Assembly (NCBI GenBank): GCA_029262535.1
Contig: JAJCZF010000083.1
Location: 37,094 to 101,093 of the forward strand
Source of the DNA: Deltaproteobacteria bacterium
Lineage (GTDB): Bacteria > Desulfobacterota > GWC2-55-46 > JAJCZF01
Length of the DNA: 64,000 nucleotides
Direction of reading: 5' to 3'
The first letter of the stretch is position 1. Every line of letters starts with the position of its first letter. Below the pieces are notes generated by a model. It worked only from the letters and a program-made list of their open reading frames with translations, did no database searches and was not told the origin of the DNA. The position numbers and the translations under genes are program-made. Positions 47,561 through 56,509 of the stretch are shown here, in pieces.

Positions 47561-48265
47561 ATGATACGCACCAGGATAATAACCGGCCTCGCGGCCATAC
47601 TCTTGATAACCGCATCTTATTCATTCGCGCTGGCGGACTCCATGCACAGAGCAACCGTGCTTGAGGCCGACACTGGCGGTGGTTATACATATGTCCATGT
47701 TGACGAGGGCGGAAAGAAGTTCTGGATCGCTGGGCCTGCGACAGATGTCAAAAAGGGCTCTACCGTTATATTCGACGAACAGATCTGGATGACCAACTTT
47801 AAGAGCAAGGGACTTAACCGCACTTTCGACCGCCTGCTCTTCGTAGGCGGCATTCAGCCAGCCGACGCGGCAAGCGCTGCAAAGCCGGCAGTCGCCGCAA
47901 GGCCCAAGACCCCTTCTAAACCAGCCGCTCCCGCCTCACCCGGAGTACCGTCCTACTTAAGCGCGGGCGGTAAGCAGACAGTCGCCGACCTCTTCGCCAA
48001 TAAGAACGCCCTGGCCGGCAAAAATGTCGAGGTCCACGGCACGGTCGTAAAGGTATCGAAGAATATAATGGGCCGCACATGGGTCCACATCGAAGACGGC
48101 AGCTCCTTTGAAGGAGCGGTAGCCAAGATAGTATTTCGCACAACCGGCGGCGCGCCCCCGGTCGGCGAAGTGGTAAATGCCAAAGGCAGGTTAGAAACAG
48201 ACGTAGACTTCGGCGCGGGATACTTCTACGCGGTCATCATCGAGGATTCGAGCTTTTACAAATAA
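47561..48265 (+). CDS. Secreted protein of unknown function (two related domains joined by a Pro/Ala linker)
   Basis: 234 aa with AAGGAG RBS and a signal peptide. The pattern GGYTYVHVDEGGKKFWIAG...KG recurs as GRTWVHIEDGS...AKG. Confidence 0.6.
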   Translation: MIRTRIITGLAAILLITASYSFALADSMHRATVLEADTGGGYTYVHVDEGGKKFWIAGPATDVKKGSTVIFDEQIWMTNFKSKGLNRTFDRLLFVGGIQPADAASAAKPAVAARPKTPSKPAAPASPGVPSYLSAGGKQTVADLFANKNALAGKNVEVHGTVVKVSKNIMGRTWVHIEDGSSFEGAVAKIVFRTTGGAPPVGEVVNAKGRLETDVDFGAGYFYAVIIEDSSFYK

Positions 48266-48287
48266 AGAGACTCCACAGAGACAAAAT

Positions 48288-48326
48288 AAAGAGCGGCCCC
48301 GGACGAAGTCCGGGGCCGCTCTTTTT
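48288..48326. terminator. Bidirectional intrinsic terminator between convergent genes
   Basis: GAGCGGCCCCGG-acgaagt-CCGGGGCCGCTC with T runs on both strands. Confidence 0.8.
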
Positions 48327-48357
48327 AGTTGATCTATCTTTTCTTTCCCATCTCTCT

Positions 48358-50622
48358 TTAGTCGTCTATCTTCGATACGAAAGCGTCCTGGCCTCCGCCG
48401 TAACTCGACTGGTAGGCGTAGGTCGACTGAGGGTACTTGTCACTGTTACTAGAATCTGTGTTGCCACTGATATAGACCGTGCCGTCAACCGAACCTGTGT
48501 CGCAGGAGCCTATCGTAGCCAGCGTAATTTCATTGGCCCAATCGGTGCCGTCTCCGCCGAGGTATATGGAGTACTCAAGCGTAATAGTACCTATATCATA
48601 GTCGTCGTTAAATTTTGTTACGAAGGCGTCGACGCCTGTCTGGTCTCCAAAATTTGTCGAATCGGTATTTGGGAAATTGCTCGAAGCAGTCTTGCCGGTT
48701 ATATAGAACTCGTCGGTCGAGTCCACGGCAATACCGTAGGCATAGTCATCGTCCGTGCCGCCTATCAGGGTAGAGTAAACGAGGCTGTCCGAGCCCGACT
48801 CGCTCGTATCGAAGATTGAGACTAGCGCGTCAAGTCCACCCTGGTTTGAGCTATGGTATGCCCCGGTCGTCGTCGGATAGTCGTCAGTCGTACTGTCCTC
48901 ACTATATCCGGATACATAAATAAGACCGTCCGAGCCGAGCGTTAAGTCATATGACCATTCTTCTTCACTTCCCCCTATATATGTAGAGTAGAGCAGACCC
49001 GGAAGGCCGGCAGTACCCGTGTCAAACTTGGCCAAGTATATATCGCGATCTCCATAAAGCGAAGTATCATAAGCGTTTGTCGTTGTCGGGAAGTCACTGG
49101 ACTTGGTAGGGCCGCTCACATATGCGATCGATCCCTTTACGGCCACTCCTTGTGCAACATCACCGCCGGCGCCGCCAATATAACTGGTATATATAATACA
49201 GGAGTTATCAGAGGTATCGTATGTGCCGTCACAGTCGGACTTAACCTTAATGACAAAACCCTCCCAAATGGCGTAAGTTGAGCTATAGCTGGTATCAAAA
49301 CCCTTTCCGCTATTGAACATGGTATGCGAAGCCGTCAGGTAGCCGACGACATAGGCATTACCGTCATCGTCGAAATCAATGCCGCGGGCACTGCTTTCGT
49401 CACCCAAATCCATGCCATAGAGATAGATCAGCTCGCTACCGTCGTCATTGAGCTTTAAGACCGTAGCGTTAAAGGTATAATCCTGGGGATCATATGTGTC
49501 GTTAAGGTCGGCAAAGTTGTTGGAGCTGTTTTGTCCTATCGCGTAGACATTGCCGTCGCTGTCGACCTTCAGGTCGTATAGTGTGTCACTGCCGTCGCCG
49601 CCGATGTAGGTTGAATACTCGAGAGTAGCTGTGGCGTTAGTGAATATCTTCATCTTCGTTACGAACCAGTCGCATGTGCCGGCATTACTTTCCTGGTAGG
49701 CCCCGGTAGTAGTGGTGAAGCCGGTCCAGCTACAGGATGGCCCGCCGAGATAGATATAATCGTAGGTTCCGTCGTTATCCGAGGCGATGCCGTAGCCAAA
49801 CTCCCACGAATTTCCACCAAAATATGTCGAATAGTCAAGCGTCGGATCGATTATAAGCGGAAAATCTTTATCATATGACGCAACGACAAAGCCGTAGGCA
49901 TTGCCCTCTTTGCCCGCGCTCTCTACGAGCCTGAAAGCGCTTTCTATCTCAACCCTCTCGCCGTCTATTACCTGATAGGTAAAGGGCTTGTTATGGAGGT
50001 ACTTGCCTTTTTTCATCGATACTTCAAGCGCTCCACTCTCGGTAATAGATAACCCCTTGATGCCTTCATAAGATAGCACTACCGTGGCCGGGTCCGCGCC
50101 GGGTTTAACTATGACGTCGTACTCGACCGTATCTCCCTTACCGTAGAAGTGCATGTCCACGTCCTCGTAGACGCCCTTGTAGGTAATGCCCTCATAGGTC
50201 GGAATATTTTTATCCTTAAAGGAAGTCGTTATATAATTGATCTTGCCTTCTAGTTGTGTGCCGGGGGAGAGTGCTTTCATCGACATTGCACCGACAGGCA
50301 CGAGCTTTACCGTCGTGACCTCTACGTCTCCCTCAAGGGCCTTCATGGGATCGTTCATCGGGTTTGAGGCCGGTCCGTTCTTTAGCCTGAAAAAGCTCTG
50401 AAATATACCCTCTTCGGTAAAATATACGGACTTGTCATTCATCTTTGCATAGAATTTTACCGCCTTGTCCACCTGCCCCCTATTCTCGACGAAATATGTA
50501 GGGATTTTTCCGAGTTCACTTGCCGCGTCAGGGGCGCCCTTCTTCGCAAGCGCGTCCGTAGATGTAAAAGCAACGAGGGACGCAAGCACGGCAAGGGCCG
50601 TTACTACCAGTGATCTTTTCAT
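48358..50622 (-). CDS. Secreted SBBP-type beta-propeller repeat protein
   Basis: 754 aa with a signal peptide. At least 7 repeats of YSTYIGG.G.D....(I/V)..D..GN.Y..G.T.S.(D/N)FP.T..A. Confidence 0.7.
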   Translation of the reverse strand: MKRSLVVTALAVLASLVAFTSTDALAKKGAPDAASELGKIPTYFVENRGQVDKAVKFYAKMNDKSVYFTEEGIFQSFFRLKNGPASNPMNDPMKALEGDVEVTTVKLVPVGAMSMKALSPGTQLEGKINYITTSFKDKNIPTYEGITYKGVYEDVDMHFYGKGDTVEYDVIVKPGADPATVVLSYEGIKGLSITESGALEVSMKKGKYLHNKPFTYQVIDGERVEIESAFRLVESAGKEGNAYGFVVASYDKDFPLIIDPTLDYSTYFGGNSWEFGYGIASDNDGTYDYIYLGGPSCSWTGFTTTTGAYQESNAGTCDWFVTKMKIFTNATATLEYSTYIGGDGSDTLYDLKVDSDGNVYAIGQNSSNNFADLNDTYDPQDYTFNATVLKLNDDGSELIYLYGMDLGDESSARGIDFDDDGNAYVVGYLTASHTMFNSGKGFDTSYSSTYAIWEGFVIKVKSDCDGTYDTSDNSCIIYTSYIGGAGGDVAQGVAVKGSIAYVSGPTKSSDFPTTTNAYDTSLYGDRDIYLAKFDTGTAGLPGLLYSTYIGGSEEEWSYDLTLGSDGLIYVSGYSEDSTTDDYPTTTGAYHSSNQGGLDALVSIFDTSESGSDSLVYSTLIGGTDDDYAYGIAVDSTDEFYITGKTASSNFPNTDSTNFGDQTGVDAFVTKFNDDYDIGTITLEYSIYLGGDGTDWANEITLATIGSCDTGSVDGTVYISGNTDSSNSDKYPQSTYAYQSSYGGGQDAFVSKIDD

Positions 50623-50914
50623 AAAACACCTCTTCTTTTAAGGGGTTACACCCTCCAGCAGGTTTAACCGGAGGGTCTTCTCTGAACGTAAAAACGCCAA
50701 GAAAAAGCATCCTACGTCACGAATTCATACCACTTTTCAAGAGAAAACATATCGAGGTGTCGCTGTGGCATCAGCTACAAAGCCGATACTTTTTAAGATA
50801 TACAATTCAGCGGAAACTGTCAATACTTCATCCACTAAAACGTCAAAATCACACGAAGTTATTTAATTTAAAGAAAAACATATTAACAAGAAAGGGTTGC
50901 GAGATCACGACTCT

Positions 50915-52213
50915 CTAGCGTTCAGTCACTTGTGCCTCTCTCAATACCGTCGCCGTCGCTCCGTGGCGGCTTAGGGTGGCGGCTTTTTGGGCGGTTAGTC
51001 CGTCTTTTGTCGTGGCGGTGATATCCGCGCCCAACTCTATCAGGTACTTTACTACCTCGCTATGTCCGCCGATGGCGGCGACGATCAGGGGGGTGGCGTA
51101 GTTGCGTTTTTCGCGAGGCTCCAGCTCCGCGCCCGACTTAACCAGTAGCTTTACGGTATCGAGCGCCCCGGTCTGGGCGGCTATCAAGATGGGTGTCGCA
51201 CCGCTAGCGGCCCTGTGGTTCAGATCCGCCCCGGCCTCTAATAATAAAGTCACGACCTCTATGCCCGCATCGCTTTGAGCCGCAAGTATAAGCGCGGTCG
51301 CGCCGTTCAGGGCTTCGGCTGAGTGATCGGCTCCGGCATTGAGCAGCAATCTAACCGTATCGCTATGAGCGCCAAGCGCCGCTACCATCAGGGCGGTGAC
51401 ATTGCTGGTCGATTTTTTATTCACATCCGCGCCGCGCTCCAGGAGCAGCTTTACTAAATCCGAATAACCGCCGGACGAGGTCAGTATCAGGATCGTCTCG
51501 CCAGTATCGGCGCGTGCCGTTATATCGGCCCCGGCCTTAATGAGCAACCGGACGCATTCGGCTCGGTCGTTCTGCGCCGCCAGTACGAGGGCCGTATCGT
51601 TATTTAAGGATTTAAGATCAAGCTCCGCGCCCTTTTCTATAAGAAGAGAAAGAACGCCTTCATGACCGTTTTGAGCGGCGACCATCAGCGGGGTCGCGCC
51701 GTTTGTCAGGCGAGGATTAAGCTCTGCGCCCGCATCGACAAGCGCCCTTACTATTGGATCAAAGCCGTTTTGCGAAGCCATGAAGAGCGGTGTCGTTCCC
51801 TTAAGAGAGGCGATATTCAGATCCGCGCCCGACTTGATAAGCAGCTTTACTATCTCCTTGTGACCGCTCTCAGCGGCCAGCGTCAGAGGCGTAATACCTT
51901 TAAAGGTCTTTATATCGACATCGGCCCCGGCCTCAAGCAGAAGCCTTACGATCTCAAGATGACCGCTCTGCGCGGCGATAACGAGCGGGTTCACGCCGCC
52001 CTCGTCCACGACATTAAGATCAACACCCGACTCTATAAGCGAGCGCGCCTCGTCGGTATCAGCCAGGGCAACGGCCCTGATGAGCGGATTGGTCAAGAGA
52101 TCACCGCCCTCTGCGGCAGGCTCTGACGAGCATGAAGAGATCAGAAGTGAGAGAACGCAGAGTAAGGCTGCTACCCGCCGGATTGACGGCGTCAATATTT
52201 TATAAGATTGCAT
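50915..52213 (-). CDS. Ankyrin-repeat lipoprotein (about 12 ANK repeats)
   Basis: 432 aa. Lipobox LLISSC. It has regular 33-aa repeats G.TPL..AA..GH.E.V.LL...GAD.N. Confidence 0.85.
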   Translation of the reverse strand: MQSYKILTPSIRRVAALLCVLSLLISSCSSEPAAEGGDLLTNPLIRAVALADTDEARSLIESGVDLNVVDEGGVNPLVIAAQSGHLEIVRLLLEAGADVDIKTFKGITPLTLAAESGHKEIVKLLIKSGADLNIASLKGTTPLFMASQNGFDPIVRALVDAGAELNPRLTNGATPLMVAAQNGHEGVLSLLIEKGAELDLKSLNNDTALVLAAQNDRAECVRLLIKAGADITARADTGETILILTSSGGYSDLVKLLLERGADVNKKSTSNVTALMVAALGAHSDTVRLLLNAGADHSAEALNGATALILAAQSDAGIEVVTLLLEAGADLNHRAASGATPILIAAQTGALDTVKLLVKSGAELEPREKRNYATPLIVAAIGGHSEVVKYLIELGADITATTKDGLTAQKAATLSRHGATATVLREAQVTER

Positions 52214-52364
52214 ACTGGCAATATATAACAGCGCACGCCCTTTGGCAAATAATTAAAAAGCAACTCTACAGACGGCCCTAACATTGCCCCTTAAGGCAGA
52301 CTATATTCATGTCGTCCCGCATCTCCGGGGCCGCTCATACGAAAGCTCCGTGCCGGACGTTATA

Positions 52365-53066
52365 CTACCACTCGTCATCCTCATCCTCTGGGGACTCGTC
52401 GCCGGGGCTGGAGATAGTTGGCCTGATGCGCTTGGGGACATCGCCGCTCATATCATATTTTACAAAGAACGTCTTTCCGTTCTCGACATTTCTTAGCCCC
52501 ACGCTCATAGAGTAACCTTCAAGCGTTTCAAGACTCGCATCAATGGGGAAGAAGAGAAAACCCTCGCTCACTGCGCCGGGCACGAGATTTCCGTCCTCAA
52601 GAATGCGTGACTCGTAATCGGCCTGGACCTTCTTGTTCGTCTTATGTACGTTATAGGCTGATATACCTAAGCCGACCGCACCGAAGGCTACGCCCCAGCC
52701 GCCGCTTCTAAGGTAGCTCTTCTTGGCCTTGCGTATGACCTCGTCTATGGAGAGCGGCTGGCACTCCTTTCCGTCAGGGTCGATCATCATGATCGACTGT
52801 CTGTCTATGACCAGTGTCTCGTCCGACTTATTGGAGAGTACCACCTGCATCGGAAGTATCTTGTGCCATATGAGATCTTCTCCAAAGTACTGCTTCACCT
52901 CATCCACGCCAACGTATGTCGTGCAGAAAAAGTCCACGCCATCCTTGGAGACCTTTTTCTCATAGGCGGAAGGAGAAGTTATTAGAGAAGCTGGTTTTAC
53001 GACGTTATGCGACGCGCAACCGGCGACCAACAGGGTAGCGATTAATAAAAATAGATACTTTTTCAC
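52365..53066 (-). CDS. Lipoprotein of unknown function with acidic C-terminal tail
   Basis: GTG 53066 lies 5 nt after GGAGG. Signal (M)KKYLFLLIATLLVAGC. C-terminus PGDESPEDEDDEW. Confidence 0.6.
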   Translation of the reverse strand: MKKYLFLLIATLLVAGCASHNVVKPASLITSPSAYEKKVSKDGVDFFCTTYVGVDEVKQYFGEDLIWHKILPMQVVLSNKSDETLVIDRQSIMMIDPDGKECQPLSIDEVIRKAKKSYLRSGGWGVAFGAVGLGISAYNVHKTNKKVQADYESRILEDGNLVPGAVSEGFLFFPIDASLETLEGYSMSVGLRNVENGKTFFVKYDMSGDVPKRIRPTISSPGDESPEDEDDEW

Positions 53067-53296
53067 ACAGACCTCCACGGGATTGGGGATTGAGTTGAAT
53101 AGAGCTACGCCGAAAGGGCGAACTTTTCCATATTTGTCACAAAGTTTGCCCGGAAGACTTAGAGAGTTCTTCGTGTGAAAGATAAATGTCGGGGTGAGTT
53201 GAAAGTAATGCCGGAGCTTTTAGATATTACAATATGGATAGGGGCATGTGCAAGTTAAAAATGAAGGAGAAATGCTCTGGAGTCTTGCGTGAGATA

Positions 53297-53322
53297 GAAA
53301 AAGAACCGGGCCTTTCGGCCCG
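53297..53322 (-). terminator. Intrinsic terminator downstream of flagellin 1
   Basis: The minus strand reads CGGGCC-gaaa-GGCCCG followed by GTTCTTTTT. Confidence 0.6.
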
Positions 53323-53359
53323 ACTCTTTGAAAAAGGTCTGACATTCTAAACGAGCTTC

Positions 53360-54187
53360 TTATCCCAACAACTTCAACGCCGACTGCGGCTGGAGGTTGG
53401 CCTGCGCCTGTATGGCGATGGAGGCCTGTTCCAGGATGGAGTTGCGTGTAAGGTTGGCGGTCTCGGAGGCGTAGTCGAGGTCGCGAATTCTCGATTCGGC
53501 GGCCTGATAATTTACATTTGCGGCGTTCAGGTTCTCTACAACCACGCCTATCCTGTTAGAGATCGCGCCGAATGATGTCCGGGCTTCGTTGACCTTGCTT
53601 ATGGCGGCGTCGATATCGTCTATGGCCGACTGCGCAAGCTCCTGAGTGCCGATACCGGCGGCGAGACCGCCCGATAGAGTGCCGCTCGAAAGGTCTGAGA
53701 ACTCGACATCGAGCTTGTCGCCAAGGCCTGAGTTAAAGCCGACCTGAAGCGATATCGTCGGTGTTGAGCCGTCTAATAGCTTCTTGCCGTCGAACTCGGT
53801 CGTTCCGGCGATACGGTCAAGCTCCTCGCGCAATTGGCCGAACTCGGCATCTATGGCCGCCCTGCCCTCGTCGCTGACAAGCCCGTTTGCGCCGCTTATT
53901 GCCAGTTCTTTCATGCGCGCAAGGATATCACCTATCTGAGACGCGCCGGAATCGGCCACCTCAAGGGCGCTCGTTCCGTCATTCGTATTTCTTAGAGCGG
54001 ACTGAATGCCACGGCTCTGGGCGCTCAATTGATTGGCGCGCGCAAGGCCCGCAGCGTCGTCTGCCGCGCTATTTACCCTCAACCCGGTCGAGAGCCTCGT
54101 GAGATTGACCTTGAGCTGGTTATTTACATTTTTTATATTACTGCCCGCTATAAGCGCGTTGAGATTGGTATTGATATTGATAGCCAT
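53360..54187 (-). CDS. fliC: Flagellin, copy 1
   Basis: MAININTNLNAL start at ATG 54187 (GGGGGAGA RBS). Conserved N-terminal (RLSTGLRVNSAADDAAGL) and C-terminal (...ILEQASIAIQAQANLQPQSALKLLG) flagellin domains. Confidence 0.9.
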   Translation of the reverse strand: MAININTNLNALIAGSNIKNVNNQLKVNLTRLSTGLRVNSAADDAAGLARANQLSAQSRGIQSALRNTNDGTSALEVADSGASQIGDILARMKELAISGANGLVSDEGRAAIDAEFGQLREELDRIAGTTEFDGKKLLDGSTPTISLQVGFNSGLGDKLDVEFSDLSSGTLSGGLAAGIGTQELAQSAIDDIDAAISKVNEARTSFGAISNRIGVVVENLNAANVNYQAAESRIRDLDYASETANLTRNSILEQASIAIQAQANLQPQSALKLLG

Positions 54188-54310
54188 GGTATTTCTCCCC
54201 CGATGGTTGTGGTGGTAGGGACTGCGCAAGATGCGCAGAGTCTATACCTTATTATCCCAGCTTCTAATTATTCTGTCAAACTTACCCGGCGCGGTTGACC
54301 GCGCCCTTCA

Positions 54311-55114
54311 CTATGGACGCTCGGTTGACTTTTGGGCACCGGGCATCGACTCGCGCGCCTGTCTCGAAGCGGCCTCATCGAGCTTCTTATCTATAGCGTC
54401 CGAACTCTTCCCTGTCGTAGAATAGGAGTGAGGCACGGAATTGTTATTCTTCATCGTCATATCTTGCCCGCTCACATCTGTGCGAAGCCCCCCGTACGTA
54501 TTTACACTATGGAGTTCACGCTCCGCCGGGTTGCGCGCGACCTTAAGCTGGTCGGCCTCCGGCAACGAACCCGCGTCAAAACCCTTAAAGGCCTTCTGCT
54601 TCGCATTGCCGAACTTTCTCAGTCCTTCATAAGAGGTAATATCGACCCCTTTGGACTCTGCGCGTTCAGCCTGAAAACCCTTACGCTGCGCGTCACGTTC
54701 GATATCGTCAAGGCGCTCCATAGCCTTATCATTGCCATTGCCAGCGAGATTCTCAACCCTACCGGACTTTAAGGAAGAGGCGATTAGCGAGGCCTTCTCA
54801 TCAACGGTTGATATGACCTTTGAGACAAAGCCGATATCCGCAATCTTCGTTGATCTCTTGCCCGATGAGCCGCCGGCCTTTAGTTCGGTCAGGTTTGCCG
54901 GTCCTTCGGGTTTCTTCTTTATAGACCTGCTATCTTCAAGGGACCTTAAGGCCTCGGTCGATATTTTGACCTTGTCGGACATGGTCGCCTTGTAACCCTT
55001 CGGGTTACCGGTACTAAGCCCCCTCTTGGAGAGATTTGTCCTGTCGAAGGTCTCAACCTTGGACGCAAGCTCTCCGAGCCTTGAGCCGTTATCTACAGGC
55101 GAACTTATTGCCAT
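54311..55114 (-). CDS. Hypothetical Ser/Gly/Lys-rich protein in the flagellin locus
   Basis: 267 aa with a strong AGGAGG RBS, preceded by a sigma-28-type promoter. No motif recognised. Confidence 0.55.
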   Translation of the reverse strand: MAISSPVDNGSRLGELASKVETFDRTNLSKRGLSTGNPKGYKATMSDKVKISTEALRSLEDSRSIKKKPEGPANLTELKAGGSSGKRSTKIADIGFVSKVISTVDEKASLIASSLKSGRVENLAGNGNDKAMERLDDIERDAQRKGFQAERAESKGVDITSYEGLRKFGNAKQKAFKGFDAGSLPEADQLKVARNPAERELHSVNTYGGLRTDVSGQDMTMKNNNSVPHSYSTTGKSSDAIDKKLDEAASRQARESMPGAQKSTERP

Positions 55115-55239
55115 TAAAAAAAGCCTCCTAACATTCTGTCAAATACCGGTAAAGTATAATTAAATCAAGCTGTTGCCACCTTGAAGGCGTGGCGGCCTGC
55201 ATTATATAGGGGTCATCCCGTAAATTACCCCTAAATGCT

Positions 55240-55266
55240 TTATCGGACTCATAAAAAATAACTTTA
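55240..55266 (-). promoter_or_regulatory. Sigma-28 (FliA) promoter candidate
   Basis: The minus strand reads TAAAGTTA-N11-TCCGATAA against the consensus TAAAGTTT-N11-GCCGATAA (7/8 + 7/8, exact spacing). Confidence 0.55.
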
Positions 55267-55319
55267 GCGCTTTTTTAGATTTTTTATCTTTTTTTTTCAA
55301 AAACCCTCTAACTAACGGT

Positions 55320-56183
55320 TCAGTCCTTATTACCGTTGGACGTAGCGGGCGAGACCACGCCCTCAAGAAGGCCGAGCGCGACCCTGGGCTGTATATTTGC
55401 CTGCGCAAGCACCGATATGCCGGCGCTGAGAAGTATATTATTCTTGGTATAACGTACTGTTTCTTCGGCGAAATCTACGTCGCGTATGCGTGACTCGGCC
55501 CTAAGAAAGCCTGTTCTTGTAGATCCGAGATTATCGACTGCGGCCTTCAGGCGATTTGTCGCGGTGCCGAATGTCACCCGTGCGCTACCGACCGTGCTTA
55601 TTGCGCTATCAATTAAACTCAAGGCCGCGGCGGCCCCGGTCTGTGTAGATATCTGACCCGCGGCGAGGCTCAAGACATTGGCGCCTATATCAACGAGATC
55701 GATGCCTATCCTGTCGGCTGAGCTGCCGGCGTAACCGACCTGAAGACTGATCACCCCGCCGGCGGTCGAAAGCAGTTTATTGCCGTCGAACTCTGTGACC
55801 TGCGCTATCCTCTCCACCTCTCCCCTTAGCTCGTCCCACTCCGTGCTATATGCGCTCCGGGCCGAGGCGCTTATCGTGCCCGTAGCGGAACTCACGGCGA
55901 GCTCGTTCATCCTCGTAAGCAGTTCCGATATCTTTTCCGCGCTCTTGTCGGCTATCTCAAGCGCGCTTATACCGTCGTTCGTATTACGCAGGGCCGCCTG
56001 AATGCCGCGCGACTTGAGCCTCAGATGGTCTGCCCTGCCAAGCCCCGCCGGATCGTCCGAAGAGTCGTTAATCCTATAGCCGCTCGAAAGCTTGCGCGCG
56101 CTATCGGTCAGGCGAGAGAGCGTTGAAACAACATTATCAGACGCAATGAGAGCGGGGATATTGGTATTTATGGTCAAACTCAT
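55320..56183 (-). CDS. fliC: Flagellin, copy 2
   Basis: MSLTINTNIPAL start at ATG 56183 (AAGGTG RBS). Conserved flagellin N and C domains (KLSSGYRINDSSDDPAGL; ...LLSAGISVLAQANIQPRVALGLL). Confidence 0.9.
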   Translation of the reverse strand: MSLTINTNIPALIASDNVVSTLSRLTDSARKLSSGYRINDSSDDPAGLGRADHLRLKSRGIQAALRNTNDGISALEIADKSAEKISELLTRMNELAVSSATGTISASARSAYSTEWDELRGEVERIAQVTEFDGNKLLSTAGGVISLQVGYAGSSADRIGIDLVDIGANVLSLAAGQISTQTGAAAALSLIDSAISTVGSARVTFGTATNRLKAAVDNLGSTRTGFLRAESRIRDVDFAEETVRYTKNNILLSAGISVLAQANIQPRVALGLLEGVVSPATSNGNKD

Positions 56184-56454
56184 CTTAAAACACCTTAAAA
56201 CGTACAACTATATAAGTTGAACGAAGACGTGGACCGAAACCAAAGCTCAGACAAAGAATATCTATATAAAAAAACTTTTTTATTAGCGGGTTATTACCGG
56301 ATGAGACAAATTAAGTATTCCATAAAATGAGGGTTTTGTCTAGTGCTTACGGGTATGGAATGACTACCTGATATTATTGATTAAAGATGTTGCGGTAAGG
56401 GTTTGTCAAGCCGCACGTATATGTGTTAGAGTAGAGGTTCTCATTTACAAGCTA

Positions 56455-56483
56455 TTTAAATAGCAATATATATATGCTATAAT
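56455..56483 (+). promoter_or_regulatory. Candidate sigma-70 promoter of the five-gene cassette
   Basis: TTTAAA (56455-56460), 17 bp, TATAAT (56478-56483), within a 300-nt AT-rich intergenic region. Confidence 0.4.
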
Positions 56484-56509
56484 ATATTAGTTAGGAAGAT
56501 AGGAAAACT

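Noticed and set aside
54188-54310. Sigma-28 or sigma-54 promoter directly upstream of flagellin copy 1 (TAAGTTTG ... GCTGGGATAA), and similarly upstream of copy 2 (CCGGTAATAA at ~56290-56300)
   Set aside because: Box spacing is wrong by 5 nt or more in every register, and no GG-N10-GC element is present. Only a leader hairpin CTGCGCA-tct-TGCGCAG (~54217-54240) is notable.
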